Source: Chiloscyllium plagiosum (lineage: Eukaryota). Taken from it: a DNA stretch of 64,000 nt. The position numbers and the translations under genes are program-made. The first letter of the stretch is position 1, and each line of letters starts with the position of its first letter. Positions 12,850 to 25,189 of this stretch are shown in pieces. A model generated the notes under the pieces. That model searched no databases. It had not been told where the DNA came from and was given only the letters and a program-made list of their open reading frames with translations. Where the stretch lies: contig NC_057716.1 of the NCBI RefSeq assembly GCF_004010195.1, positions 82,794,987 through 82,858,986 of the forward strand. The letters are read 5' to 3'.

Positions 12850-13560
12850 GTGGCGCTGGAGTAACACGTTCGTCACTCGCCAGGACACCCCAGGCTGGGC
12901 TGGATCCATGTCTGGCTTGTCCTAGCACCTTTCTTTTAATGCTATGTTTTGAGATGGCAGTGGAATAGGGATTCTGAATCCAGGGCTCATCTGGTCTTGT
13001 CGGCTTTCTTTCTCTTTGTTTTATATTTTGTTCCTTTTCTTTTTATTTCTTTTTTCTTCATTTTCTTTTCTTTTAAGCCTGGAAAATGGTGGGTGAAGGA
13101 AGGCAGCTCAGCCTGGGTGCCTGAAGGAGGAGAAAGACCCACTGTGGCAATCTCCCTGTTGGTGGCCTCTCAGTGTGGCAGTCTTTTCCCAGCATGGAGA
13201 TCTCATCTATGTGTGGAGGTCTTTTTTGTCTTCAGCTTCCAGGTATACTAGCAGCCCGGCAGGCAGTCTCACACAAGAGTGGCAGCCTCGGCCTGGCATG
13301 GAAGGCTTCTTCAGGGAAGGCTTCCAGACTGGTATCCAGTGACACTGTGTGGTGTTCTCATCACAGCTGTGCCTTCATGGCATTCCATCATTCCTAAATC
13401 AGCTTACCTGAGCCCAGGAGCCATGAACTGATCTGTCATTAACTTTGTCTTAGTTTTTTTTATTATTTTGTACAATTTCTGTCAGTCATGCAGGTGCCAT
13501 GGTGGGGGGATGTATTTTTCATGTAAAAGTGCACAGGACAATAAATGCCCATCTACTCTG
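12850..13560 (+). mobile_element. Unclassified non-coding retroelement with Rex1-like 3' tail
   Basis: Interrupts a LINE; CpG-rich head; ends GTGCACAGGACAATAAA, resembling Rex1-type tails at 26050 and 33535. Confidence 0.4.
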
Positions 13561-13688
13561 TTCCTTCCAGGATATAACAACCACAAATATTCATTCATTC
13601 CTTCCAACACTGACACTTAATAGCAGCAAGAAGTACCTTCTAAAAGATTCACTGCTGAAACTCACAAATTACAGCACTTTCCAAACTC

Positions 13689-13804
13689 ATAGTTAGAAAT
13701 CATGCAACACCAGGTTATAGTCCAATAGGTTTAATTGGAAGCACTAGCTTGCTAAGCGCTGCTCCTTCATCAGGTGGTTGTGGAATACACAGTTGTAAGA
13801 CTCG
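13689..13804 (-). mobile_element. PLE family B mini-insertion
   Basis: 10-bp TSD TTCCAAACTC at 13679-13688 and 13805-13814; minus strand has CACCTGATGAAGGAGCAGCGCTT. Confidence 0.85.
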
Positions 13805-14234
13805 TTCCAAACTCCTGCCCACTTCATCTAAAAGGATAAGGCAGCAATTGGAAACGCCATTACTTCTAAGTTCCCCTCCAAGTCACCCACCATCCTGATT
13901 TGGAAATAAAATGCCATTCCTTCAGTATCGCTAGGTCAAAATCCTGGAACTCCCTTCCTGATGTCATTGGAGGGGTGCTCAATGCCTAATGGATTGCAGA
14001 AGTTCAAGGAGGCAGCTCATCACTACCTTCTCCAGGGTAACTAGGCCCAGTGGAAATAAGGAAATCTCATGAATGATTTTTTTTAAAAAAACAGTAAATT
14101 CCAGTAGGGATTAATTCCTAAAATTATTATGCAAAGGATAAAGCCTTTTGTTCTACAATGCTTGTATCAGTACCGGGTTTTCACCAGAAAAAAACTATTT
14201 CAATGCCATTTCTATGATTTTTTTTCCATATATT

Positions 14235-14502
14235 AGCGAAGTTTGAGAAGATTTGTAGCTCAGGTTGAGGTTCTAGATGTAGGCTTGTTTGAAGGTTGTA
14301 CCTCAACCTGAGCTACAAATCTTCTCAAACCTCGCTAATACCCATGGGCGCAATATGCTAAACTGGCCTGAAAATGGGAAATGAATACCATCCGAAAGAG
14401 TGCCACCCACGTACAGCTGTACTTCCTGCACGAATACCTAAGAAAACAGGTACTACCTAATGAAAATTAACCTTCCAGCTCAGCGAGCAAACCTACATCG
14501 AG
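14235..14502. mobile_element. PLE family D rearranged insertion (inverted tail, tail running into ORF N-terminus, pLTR end)
   Basis: 12-bp TSD TTTCCATATATT at 14223-14234 and 14503-14514; hairpin 14234-14337; 14460-14500 matches 41055-41095. Confidence 0.8.
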
Positions 14503-14515
14503 TTTCCATATATTC

Positions 14516-15190
14516 GTTAAAAATCACTCCTTCACTGTTGCACACATACTCTATCAAACACTCACACACACACGCTCTCTCCGTCTCTCCTACTCTCCCA
14601 CACACACAATCTCACTCTCTCTCTCTTTCTTACTCTCTCCACCCCCCTACACACATAAGTCTCAGGGTTGAATTTGCATTTGCAGATTTATTTTGCAGAT
14701 ACATTCTATTTTGTTCAAAAAACATACAATCTTCAGGCAGTCAGTCCATGTGACATTTTATAAATCCCTAATTTGGAAATAAAACCAGTCTGACTCGAGT
14801 TTGGAATACAGATAGACACTAACCTCATACTTTTAATGCATTGTCTGAGTTGAGATGTCACTTTTTGTTTATAGCACCTTAAGTTATCTCGGGAATGTGA
14901 CTTGAAAGAAGTCCTGGATTTATATATTAATGAATCAAAAGCTGTGAACCAATTTAAATGATTAAAGACTTAACAGAAATCTTGGTTTGTTCAATACATT
15001 GCATCAATTGTATGACACTTTGATCTTTTACTATAAATTCTGTGTCCTATGATCCTGCCCCTATTAGCTACCTGATGAATGAGCAGTGTTCTGAAAGCTT
15101 ATAATACTAAATAAACCTGTTGGACTATAATCTAGTGTTTCGTGATTTTTAACTTTGCCCAACCAGTCCACCCCGGTGGCACCTCCACAT
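14516..15190 (+). mobile_element. PLE family B 3' region/pLTR with short inverted 5' end
   Basis: 9-bp TSD CATATATTC at 14507-14515 and 15191-15199; starts with inverted GTTAAAAATCAC; decayed hammerhead CTGATGA...GAAAGCTT at 15072-15100. Confidence 0.8.
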
Positions 15191-15350
15191 CATATATTCC
15201 TTAGTAAGGGCTTTCATATTCTGAATAAAGCACTAACTTAATGGATTGGAAGCTTGCAATTTAACTTCAGAAAATTAGTTATAAGTGTGTCTTTGCCAGA
15301 ACATATAACATATATGTTGTTGTACTGAGGTTTAAGGGTGTGAAAACATT

Positions 15351-15695
15351 ATGGCCTTCTCAAAAAGATTGGAATATAAAAGCACTGTTGTGCTACTGAG
15401 ACTTTATAAAGCTCTGGTTAGGCCCCATTTGGAGTACTGTGTCCAGTTTTGGTCCCCACACCTCAGGAAGGACATACTGGCACTGGAGCGTGTCCAGCAG
15501 AGATTCACACGGATGATCCCTGGAATGGTAGGTCTAACATATGAGGAACGGCTGAGAATCCTGGGATTGTATTCATTGGAGTTTAGAAGGGTAAGTAGAG
15601 TTGAAATGCCCATCAGCCATGTTTGAATGGCGGAGTGGACTCGATGGGCCGAATGGCCTTGCTTCCGCTCCTATGTCTTATGGTCTTATGGTCTT
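15351..15695 (+). mobile_element. Young CR1 LINE fragment with internal deletion
   Basis: LLRLYKALVRPHLEYCVQFWSPHLRKDILALERVQ...GLYSLEFRR, then an abrupt jump at about 15590 to the 3'UTR and (TATGGTCT)n tail. Confidence 0.9.
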
Positions 15696-15994
15696 AAGCA
15701 TTACTCACTATGATGAGCTCTCCCAGGCTTGGTGGCAGAACAGCCTAGGATCTCAAAGTATTAAGACTCATTGTATGGATCTTTCTCATGGTCCCTGTAA
15801 CATTCTGGAATCTGTTCACAAATCAGTTTTTCACAAGTCAGAGTGCAATGCAGGTTGATGGAAAGTAGCCATTCGTTGGTACGGGAAAGGTTAATATGCT
15901 GGATCTTCAAAATTTAAAACCATGTATGGGATCGCACTTGTCACTGCAAGCATTCGTAAGTTGGACGTTTGTAAATTGGGGACCCACTACATAT

Positions 15995-16115
15995 TAGAAC
16001 ATAGAACATAGAAGAATACAGCGCAGTACAGGCCCTTGTCCTGGCTACCCTATAACTCTCAATCGCCCCAATTGAACCTTCACGTCTCATCTTGAGATAG
16101 GCCGCCCTCTTCCAT
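15995..16115 (-). mobile_element. CR1 tail (43 nt) fused to an internal ORF2 fragment
   Basis: Tail identical to the window-start tail; adjacent minus strand reads KRAAYLKMRREGSIGAIESYRVAR, resembling the CR1 EN-RT linker. Confidence 0.6.
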
Positions 16116-18367
16116 TTATTGATGTGACTTTTTACATAATTATTATCATGCAATAAATGACATTTTATTTCGGTGAAAAACTTTTTCTCATTAGACTATC
16201 AAGTAATTTTCTTCCACCCACTCAACCAAGCAGGTCCTGTAGATTCCTACCAGGAAGGAGGATTGTGGCAGCAAATCTACCAGGTAGATTCTCCAGCATG
16301 TTGAGCAGTGGTGAAGATTTATTTTGTAATGGCTGCCACTTATCTACTTCATGTTTTGCTGAGTAATATATTTAAAACCATAATCAGTGATGCCTCTCTG
16401 ACACATTACAGGATAGAAAAATAGCAATTAATTGTTCCTATTACTGCCTTCCTAATTTATTAAGCATCTTGATCGTGCTAATCATAAACAACATAAAATG
16501 GTTAAAAGGATTTTTTTAAACAACAATATACACATTCAATTTAATTTGATGCAATTTAAAATTGTTCCCACTGAAACTGCCATCTTATAACATTTCTTTT
16601 GTTCAATTGTTACCTTGTTTGCAAGGACAAGATACAATATCTGACAGGAGAAAAAGTGCATCCCCTAATGGCCATATTATTGATACATTTTACTAGATTT
16701 GTTGTAATAGTTTCTAAACAATTCTTCTATTATTCATTCCTTGTGTTGTATAATAGAATTTCTAGTTTGATCATTTGAAACCAATTTCATAAAGTAAGCA
16801 TTATATGTGTTAGTATTTTACCTAAGCACATATTTCATCCACTTATAACTGATTCAAAGAGTCTATTTGAGCCTTCAGAGATCCATGTTACTGCGGATCT
16901 ATGAGGCGAGTCTGATTGGATGAGATGTGCTGGATCAGGCTCTTCAAATATTTGTGTTTTGACAGCACTTCTCACTGTAAAGTGTTTTACTTTTACACCC
17001 CAATAGCAGACAAATATGTTGCTCAGTTGGTGAAAACTGCAAAGTCTCTTTTGCAATTACCTGCTGGTCAACTTAAGGTCAATCTCATAAAAGTGAACCA
17101 ACCTGATTTCTGTAGTCTGCCTCAGAAATGAGTCCATCAGTAAATACATTTTTGCAGTTGTAGTGTAGATAATTTGTGTGTCATTACTAGAAGGCGATGG
17201 TTACAAAATGCAGAGACTATAAAACAAACATTTCAATATAGTTGGATTAAAAGACTAGGAAACAGTTACTACCACTTAGAAAATAAAATCTATATAGCCA
17301 GCTACTGCAGTCTTCAATCAAATCTATGTTGAAGTGACCATAAGACTATTGTTAAAGCCAGAATGACTTGATCTGTGTAGGCCCCAGAAGCATTTTGCTC
17401 TTTTCTAAAGGCCAATTTCTTTAGCTATTGATCGTGAAAGTGATATCACACTGGAAGGTGTATTGATACGGTGTTAGTTTACATAGCAGTCTTGAGGACC
17501 ATCACTGGCTAATCAAAGCCACTGTCTGAACATTGCTGTGAACACAGTCCAAACAAAATCAATAAAGACGATTAAATGACATGTACAAGATGTATCAATA
17601 TTAAATATATTCCATTTCCCGGACACAAACGCAACACAAGGTGGATGGAGAATATTGGATCTGCTCACGTTATGATTCGTGCCAGGGTAGGTTAGTGTGA
17701 AAAAAGAAAACACCATTTAACATGCCATTATTTCAGTTTTGTGGTTCTAATATAAATGCTTAAGGATTCAAGAAATATTTATATAATTCTGTAATGTATT
17801 GATTAAAGATTCTAACAGGCTTCCACATTGAATAATTAACTCTTTTTTAAAAAAAAGCTGAACAGCTTCAACCCTTACTGGTAGGGTTAACGTATTTAAC
17901 TTTGCCTGGCTTTGTGCCAATACTTATAAAACTTGCCTTGAGAAAGACCACCAAGATTGGTGGTTAAAAAATTACCACTAAATCATATAAATCTGCCAAG
18001 GTTAACACTTTAATTATGTGCTGGAGCTATTTGTGTGTTATTTAATATAAGTTCATGTCAAATGTGCACCTTGAAGTAAAGAAAGTTAATCTGATAAACC
18101 TTTCGGATCACTATTCCACAGTAAACCTTCCTGCCTGCCACAATCCACATTGATAACCAGCCAATCCCATATCTGATTTGCATCACTACACCCTTGGTAG
18201 CCAGTCATTCAGCTGCCCTAGTGCTGAGTTTTAGGTTTCCCTCTCCACCTCCTTCTACTCCCTTTAAGACATTCCTGAGAACTATATCTTTGACCAATTG
18301 TTATGTCATCCAACCTAAAGCCTCTTATTTGACTCAGTATTAAATTCTGGTTAACAACATTTCTGTG

Positions 18368-18571
18368 TACAAAGTTAAAAATCACACAACACCAGGTTAC
18401 AGTCCAACAGGTTTAACTGGAAGCACCAGCTTTCGGAGCGCTGCTCCTTCATTAGGTAGTTATGGAGTTACTCCGAAAGCTAGTGCTTCCAATTAAACCT
18501 GTTGCACTATAACCTGGTAATGTGTGATTTTTAACTTTGTACACCCCAGTCCAACACCGGCATCTCCAAAT
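18368..18571. mobile_element. PLE family B head-to-head palindromic insertion
   Basis: 13-bp TSD CAACATTTCTGTG at 18355-18367 and 18572-18584; arms about 18368-18438 and 18471-18541; right arm carries an extra ~30-nt tail. Confidence 0.9.
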
Positions 18572-18830
18572 CAACATTTCTGTGAAGTACCTTGGTATTT
18601 TTAACCATGTTGGCAATAGGTCACATATCTCAATGAATTAAGAACTGTACTGAAGGTTTAAAAGATCTCATCCTGTTCCTATGTTCAGAAATATAAATGA
18701 TAATTTTTGTCATTTTTGTTTCATTGATGGGAGAATGAAAAACCTGAAGTCACCATTAACATACTGCGCCTGTATAAGAGCATCACATCTTGACCCAACA
18801 ATTATTGTTCATTTCTAGTTGCCCTTGAGA

Positions 18831-19083
18831 CCTGTCTATTGTCCTTCCTACCTATCCGCTCCACCCTCCACTCCGACCGATCACCATCATCCACCTTCAT
18901 TTACCTATCACACACTAAGTTACCTTCTCCCAGCCCCACACCCCTCACATTTATGTCTCAGCCCCCTTGCCCGCCCCCACCTACATTGCTGATGAAGAAG
19001 TTATGCACGAAACGTCAACTCTCCTGCTCCTTGTTTGTTGCCTGACCAGTTGTGCTTTTCCAGCGCCACACTTCTACACTCCT
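18831..19083 (+). mobile_element. PLE family A pLTR, inserted in a minus-strand LINE 3' end
   Basis: CCTTGAGA duplicated on both flanks; C-rich pLTR like 47250-47510; CTGATGA...CGAAACGTC with broken stem II. Confidence 0.8.
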
Positions 19084-22000
19084 CCTTGAGAAGGTAGTGT
19101 TGAGCTACCTTGAAATATTGTAGTCCATTTGCTGTAGGTATACCAATAATGCCTTTGGAGAGGTTTTTGCAGGATTTCAACGCTGTGACATTGCAGGAAT
19201 GACAACATATTTACTTTGCTGGGGTTCCACAGACTTATTTGACAATAACTCTCAGAATTCTAAACTTCTTAGCATTCAAAATCTTCATTTTCATTCATCA
19301 TTGACAGCCTTATCCCGCACCTTCTCTTCCCAAAGCTTATGCTCCAAAAAAATTAAAATTGTACGGAAAAGAAGGACTTGCCCTCATGATCATAGTATGC
19401 TTGTGCATGGTGCAGTTGAACCTGATAACTTCATTCAGTCCTTTGCTGATATTTATTATGCACTCACTTCAGAAGAAAGGGGAAGAGGCAAAAATTGCAT
19501 GAGAAAATGGGTGACAAATGTTAGACCCAATCTTTGTTCCCAGGTTTAGGGCACGAAGATGGGAAATTGCCTAGCTCCACAAACACAATCTGATGGAAAA
19601 CAAAATGTCCTGGACAGTCAAATTTACATTCTGGAGTGACAAGGTTCTTTGGGAGGTGTATTAAGTGACCCTGAAGTGACAGTAAGGGTTGCCAGCTGTG
19701 GAAGCAAACTGGACGCAGGACTGTCTCTATACATCAGCATTATAGGGCAGTTTATTGAAAATGCAATAACAGCAAAGGTACCATTTCAACCACTACTCCT
19801 CAGTTACTTTCCAACTATACATACTTCCAATGCCCTTTCTGTGTTAATCCTGTGCAACATTATAGATTCTATGCCACCAAATGCCCTTCTACTTATCCCT
19901 AGGTGCCCTAATATCCCCTATTCCACTCTGTCTACCCCACAGCCCTTCATTTCATCTATTTCAGCCAATGGCCTGTACCCACCACCATGGCCTTTGTAGC
20001 CCCTCAGCCAACTTAGTACCAACTATTGGCAACCGTTGCTCCCCCCCTTCCACCCCTGCCCCCATCCTCCAATAACCACCACTCTTTTTTCCCTTCTCTC
20101 CTCTGTCCTTAATTCCAGCTCATCTTGCATCCATCTTGGAAAGTGCTCAGGAGCCCCGCTGACAGAGTAACATGTTCACGTGTGATGCCACCAGTTAAAA
20201 ATATACTTTCACTCATAAAAAAATAAATAAATTGAAATTCCATCAACTAATCTATTATGAAAATTAGCCTTTGTACTGACAGTTATTTAACAACTTAGTT
20301 TTGTTTTAGTAGCATAATAATTTTGTATGGGTTTTTGCACTCTTTCAGTACATCCAGGTCTTCTGTTGCACTCCAGTTGGTATTAGACACCAATTCCCCT
20401 TCCAAAAGGATACCTGATCTCCAAGGGTGACCAGCAACACACCTAAGGTGTCCTGGGAATATATTCAGAGAGGCACCTCACCTCTCTAAAAGACTACCTT
20501 TGCTCTTTAAGAAAATTCACTAAAATAGATCTACTCTGATCTGCTGTACATACTCTGTGTTATAGACAATGAGGATGCTAAAACCTGGTTGAAATTGAAA
20601 TATTTCTGCGACCTGTGCATGCATAAAGCCCAGGTCTCCAAGAAACTGCCTGCATGAAAATCAGACATGATGAAAACAAAGATTTCTGGAGGAAAAAACT
20701 ATAGTTATGAAAAACTCAGAGAAATCTTCATTGAACAGAGCTTTACTCCTGAATAAGTGTGCGACAATGCCAACAGAATGAGACCTAGGTCAGCAGGTTG
20801 GTCAGATATCAAATCAAATTCAATGTACCAACAGATCAATGAGTTATCCACTTAAATAGTACTACTAAATGTGAGGTTACACACAAAGACAAGCACACAG
20901 AATACAAAATAACTGTAGTCATCATAAAAGCTATCCTCACTCAAAGGAGAGAGCAACCTTCAGAAACCTATTTTTGAACTGAGTCAATATTTGAAATTCT
21001 TCAGTCATAAAATATAAATCCTTAACAGGTATCATAGCAGCTCAGTCAAATGAAACTCCATCCAAAACTCTTCTACAAATGTGTCCAAGCATTGATTTTT
21101 AAGTCACAAAATGACTTCTCAGCCTTGACTGAGATGCTAGGGGAGATGATGAGCAGAAGGCAGGTGCTCTTTACAGAAAAGGAGATAGCATGAGTCATGC
21201 AAATCATAATTGCATGCTGTTTTGCAGTTCAGTAATAAAGTGGATTGGAAGACGCTAGGAACTATGCCACTTGCTCATTTTTCTGGTGTGTAACACAGGG
21301 AGACTGACAGTAACAAATTACTGCTAACAATTTTATCTAACAAAGCATCTTAAGATGATTTACAATAGTCTCAATACTGGAACATGAACAAAAATAGAGG
21401 TTAAGGAAGGTGACAAAAGACATAGTCAAAGAGTCTAGATTAGAGTGGTGCTGGAAAAGCACAGCAGGAGATCTGTTTTGAGGAGGTTTTGGATGGTAAT
21501 GAGAGATATAACAAGGTGGAGGGTTTACAAAAAAGCTCCAGAGTGGAGGGAGTGATAGGTGGATTTTGTAGTTTGGTAGTTTGGAAGAAAAGAGATGTCT
21601 TATGTGTAGTGGACCATAATTGTCAGAGGAAAGAAAGAAGGGTGAACTTTATATGTAATACACACACACACACAATTATAAATATGTATGTGTGTTGCTG
21701 TAGAAGATGTGAATGTTGGAATTTCATGAAGTGCTCAAGACTTTTTCTAAGGGTTCATATACTTGTGAGTAAATTTCCTAATGATAAATCCATCCTAGCC
21801 CAACAATTTTAATGAAGATATTTACATATTCATTTAAATTAAATCTAAAAATTTCAAAGGCTATATATTTTGTTTTACATGATACATAAGGATAAATGTC
21901 CCACCATCACTGTAGAACACCATACCAAAACTACTGATGATAACCCGATGACTAGTATTGACAGCAGGAAGGTTGCAGGAATATTGCTTTAATTAAGTTC

Positions 22001-22484
22001 ACTAAGTGAGAAATTCCACCAAGAGGTACCTATGTTTCCAGTGCAAAATTTTCATTTATTCGAGTTTACATCATGTTCCTTAAATGAATAAAGCAAGTTC
22101 CTATGCCATCTGATCCCAGAGGTTAAGTCTAGTTCGCACACACTACTTGTCTGAACTTGGTGATATGCAGAGTACAGTGATCACTTTAGAGGTCAATTTA
22201 AAAAAAACAATAAAATCTGTAACTGATTTTGAAAGGCTCAGAAAAGCAGGAGTGCTCATGAAGAAAAAATCCGATTCACCAGTCTATTGTAATTACTTTT
22301 CACATTCCATCCCTCTGACCCCCAAATTCTTTTCAGAGCCATCCTACAAGCTATGAACTGCAGAAGGGGTTGGGTTAATAGCTGCAGTTCATCAGCAACA
22401 TTCAAATGAGGATTAGAGCCAAATTTATCCAGGCCTCATGTGCTATGGGCTAGCTCTGAGATCACTTGGCCTGATGATGCTGAA

Positions 22485-22585
22485 GAGGAGAAAGTGAGGA
22501 CTGGGCTTATGCTGGAAACGTCGATTCTCCTGTTCCTTGGATGCTGCCTGACCTGCTGCGCTTTTCCAGCAACACATTTTCAGCT
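22485..22585. mobile_element. PLE family A mini-insertion (short inverted tail plus forward arm)
   Basis: 14-bp TSD CTGATGATGCTGAA at 22471-22484 and 22586-22599. Confidence 0.85.
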
Positions 22586-22611
22586 CTGATGATGCTGAAT
22601 CAAAATAACTT

Positions 22612-22689
22612 TAAAAATCACACAACACCAGGTTATAGTTCAACAGGTTTATTTGGAAGCAATAGATTTTGGAGCACTGCTCCTTCATC
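22612..22689 (-). mobile_element. PLE family B mini-insertion
   Basis: TAAAAATCACACAACACCAGGTTATAG...CTCCTTCATCA; AAATAACTT duplicated at 22603-22611 and 22690-22698. Confidence 0.8.
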
Positions 22690-25189
22690 AAATAACTTGA
22701 ACTTATGTTGTACATTTAATAGAATAGAACAGCACAAGGAACTATCAGCCACATTATAAAACAAAGCATGGCTCCAAGCCACGTAGGGAGATATTAAGCA
22801 AAATGACCAAAAGGTTGGTCAATGGATAGGTTTAAAAGAGCATCTTAAAGGAAAAAAGCAACGTCCAGAGGCAGAAAAGTGTAGAGGTAGGCTTTCCAGA
22901 GGTGGCGAACAAACAACTAAATGCAAACATATCAAAGGCAGTACCATTAAAATTAAGGTACTCAAGAAGCTAGAATTAGAAAAGAACATTGAATGTCTCC
23001 CACATTGTCTTAAAAATGGTACATTTTTAAAAAAAATAGTCATTTAGTTGATTTTATTCGAATTGACCATTAATTTATTTTGTATTTCAGCAGGAGGCAA
23101 ACTAAAAACCTTTTTTGCTTCAAATTTAACAATGATATAGCCAATAAATGAGTGCAGCACAGATTTTCTCATTAGTGTTCAAACAGGTCATTGTTTGCGT
23201 TAAAATAATGTCGATTAGAAAACCCAGGCTCGTCTCTTTAAAGGAGCTTAAGCTGCTCTTTATGAAAAAAAAGACCAGTCAATAAAGCTACAACATAATA
23301 ATCAATTGCCATTTGTGATGGCAGGGCTGACAGTGGGTGCAGATCACTGCAGATTACTGTCATTGTGTGCTGTCGTGCAGTACAGGCAGGCAGCACAGTA
23401 GAAGACAAATGATACTGTATTCAGAGGAACTAGAAAGCATTTAGTCGTACCTGTTCCCACTGTAACTGAACATGAAGTAATGTCAATACGAGCGTCTCCT
23501 GGATGCACATGACAGGATTATGAGGAGAAAGGGCTAAATTAATCAAAAAAGGCTCCTCTGACACCCTTCATTACTGGGAGGCTATTTCATGATAAAGAAT
23601 ATTGTACTTCTAACCATCGTTTCTCTTTTAGGACTTGTGTCAACGAGCATATATATATATATTTTGTTTGGAATGGGGCACAACAAATTAATCCAATCAA
23701 ATTAATCTGTCACGAACAACAGCATTAACTGGGTGAAATAATTTGGCTAATGTCCAAATAGTAAACTTCCAAATGTTGAATATTTGACTATTCTTAATCA
23801 GACAAAACTCAGCATGTAACAATAAAATTGAAAGTATCTCTCTTCGCTCCAATAATTAATTTTCTGCCCAAGGTCCTGGTGTTTGAGATGCAATTCCTAT
23901 CTTACATTATCATGACCAATATGTCAGCAATGAAATTGCATAGTTTTATCAAAATAAAATCAATAGTCAGCAGAAAGAGAATGGAATGTGTAATAAACTA
24001 CCAAGTACAGAAGTCAAATTCTCTGACTGGCATGGGTTACAAAAGTATGACACAGTACACATGCTGGCACATGACAGTCAATAAAATGTAATCAGAGGTG
24101 TAATGAAGCTTCAGAGCTTTCAACATTAATTCAATTCTGTGGGGCTATGGAGCTGAAAATTTAAGTTTCAAAGCCCATCATGGTCTACTTCTGCGTTTTA
24201 ACTACCCCTGACTTTATATATTGCTGGGTGAATTTCCTTTCCCTCGAGAACTTTAAGAGTAACCTTGTCAATCCCAGCCACAAGCTAGCTTCATTATTCT
24301 ATGGACTAGCTTCACCAAAACTCCAAGACATAGCTGCTCAATAGGAACAAAGCCAATGAGAAATGAAATTCTCCATTTTATAATATGTTGACAATACTGT
24401 GTTCAGTCATTCATCTACCAGTGGTGGAACAACACTGCTGGCTACGCTAACTTCCCACTTTGATTATGAAGAGTAAAATGTATTCAGAAATTCTTGACTT
24501 CAGCAGTTAAATTTACCATTTTCTTTTTGAATTACAAATATCAAGAGGATAATCATGTTCAATAACTTTTGCATTTTCTGAGGACTTAATGGGTAAAACA
24601 TAGAGCCGTACAAAATGTGACACTGAACTAATTGAAACTGGAACATCTAAGTTTTTTGTTTGTGATTTGTTTTGAGATTGATGTCCTTCTCAGGATAGCA
24701 GAGTTAGTCAGCCACAATGTGCATTCCCTGTCCATTCTGGGTCAAAGGTTGGCATTTCCCCAGGTTTTAGTTTTTAATCATTGTCACTCTTCCCTGTGTT
24801 CAGCCTTCATTTCCAGGAGATGATGCAATGTTGCAAATGAACAGCATGTAAGTGAGGAATAGATGACAACTGAGGATTGATCCTTGAGAATTCCAGAGCT
24901 AACCATTGCTGGGGTAGGAAGAGATATAATTGTAAGATATTACCTAGTTATGACTCTATCGATAAGAGTGGAACAAATTGAAACAAGGTCCACGTAACTG
25001 AACATCTAGCTGTATCTACGTCAGTCAGGCTGTTGTAATAAATACTTTTATTTCTTTTTAGAACTCTATGATATTGTAGTTAACTAAATAAAAAGCTGGA
25101 GCCCATCATGAGGCTTTCTTGAGTAAAAAATAAAGGAATTTGATTGCCTACTAACCTTGTGAAAACAATACTAGTACCCTAGAAGGATG

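Larger units (their letters stand above)
12800..14075 (+). mobile_element. Old CR1/L2-type LINE 3' part hosting two nested insertions
   Basis: AWISAAPTTLKKL at 12805-12846 resumes at about 13565 and runs into the LINE 3'UTR. Confidence 0.6.

Noticed and set aside
15880-15990. Tigger/pogo-like TIR end (TTCGTAAGTTGGACGTTTGTAAATTGGGGAC)
   Set aside because: Only one degenerate end is visible, with no partner TIR; too weak to call
18368-18571. Palindromic short elements as MITEs or pre-miRNAs
   Set aside because: Variable 9-16 bp TSDs, unequal arms and identity to PLE pLTRs indicate retrotransposition products
19199-19999. Two 116-aa ORFs
   Set aside because: No recognisable domain, splice context or coding-like composition
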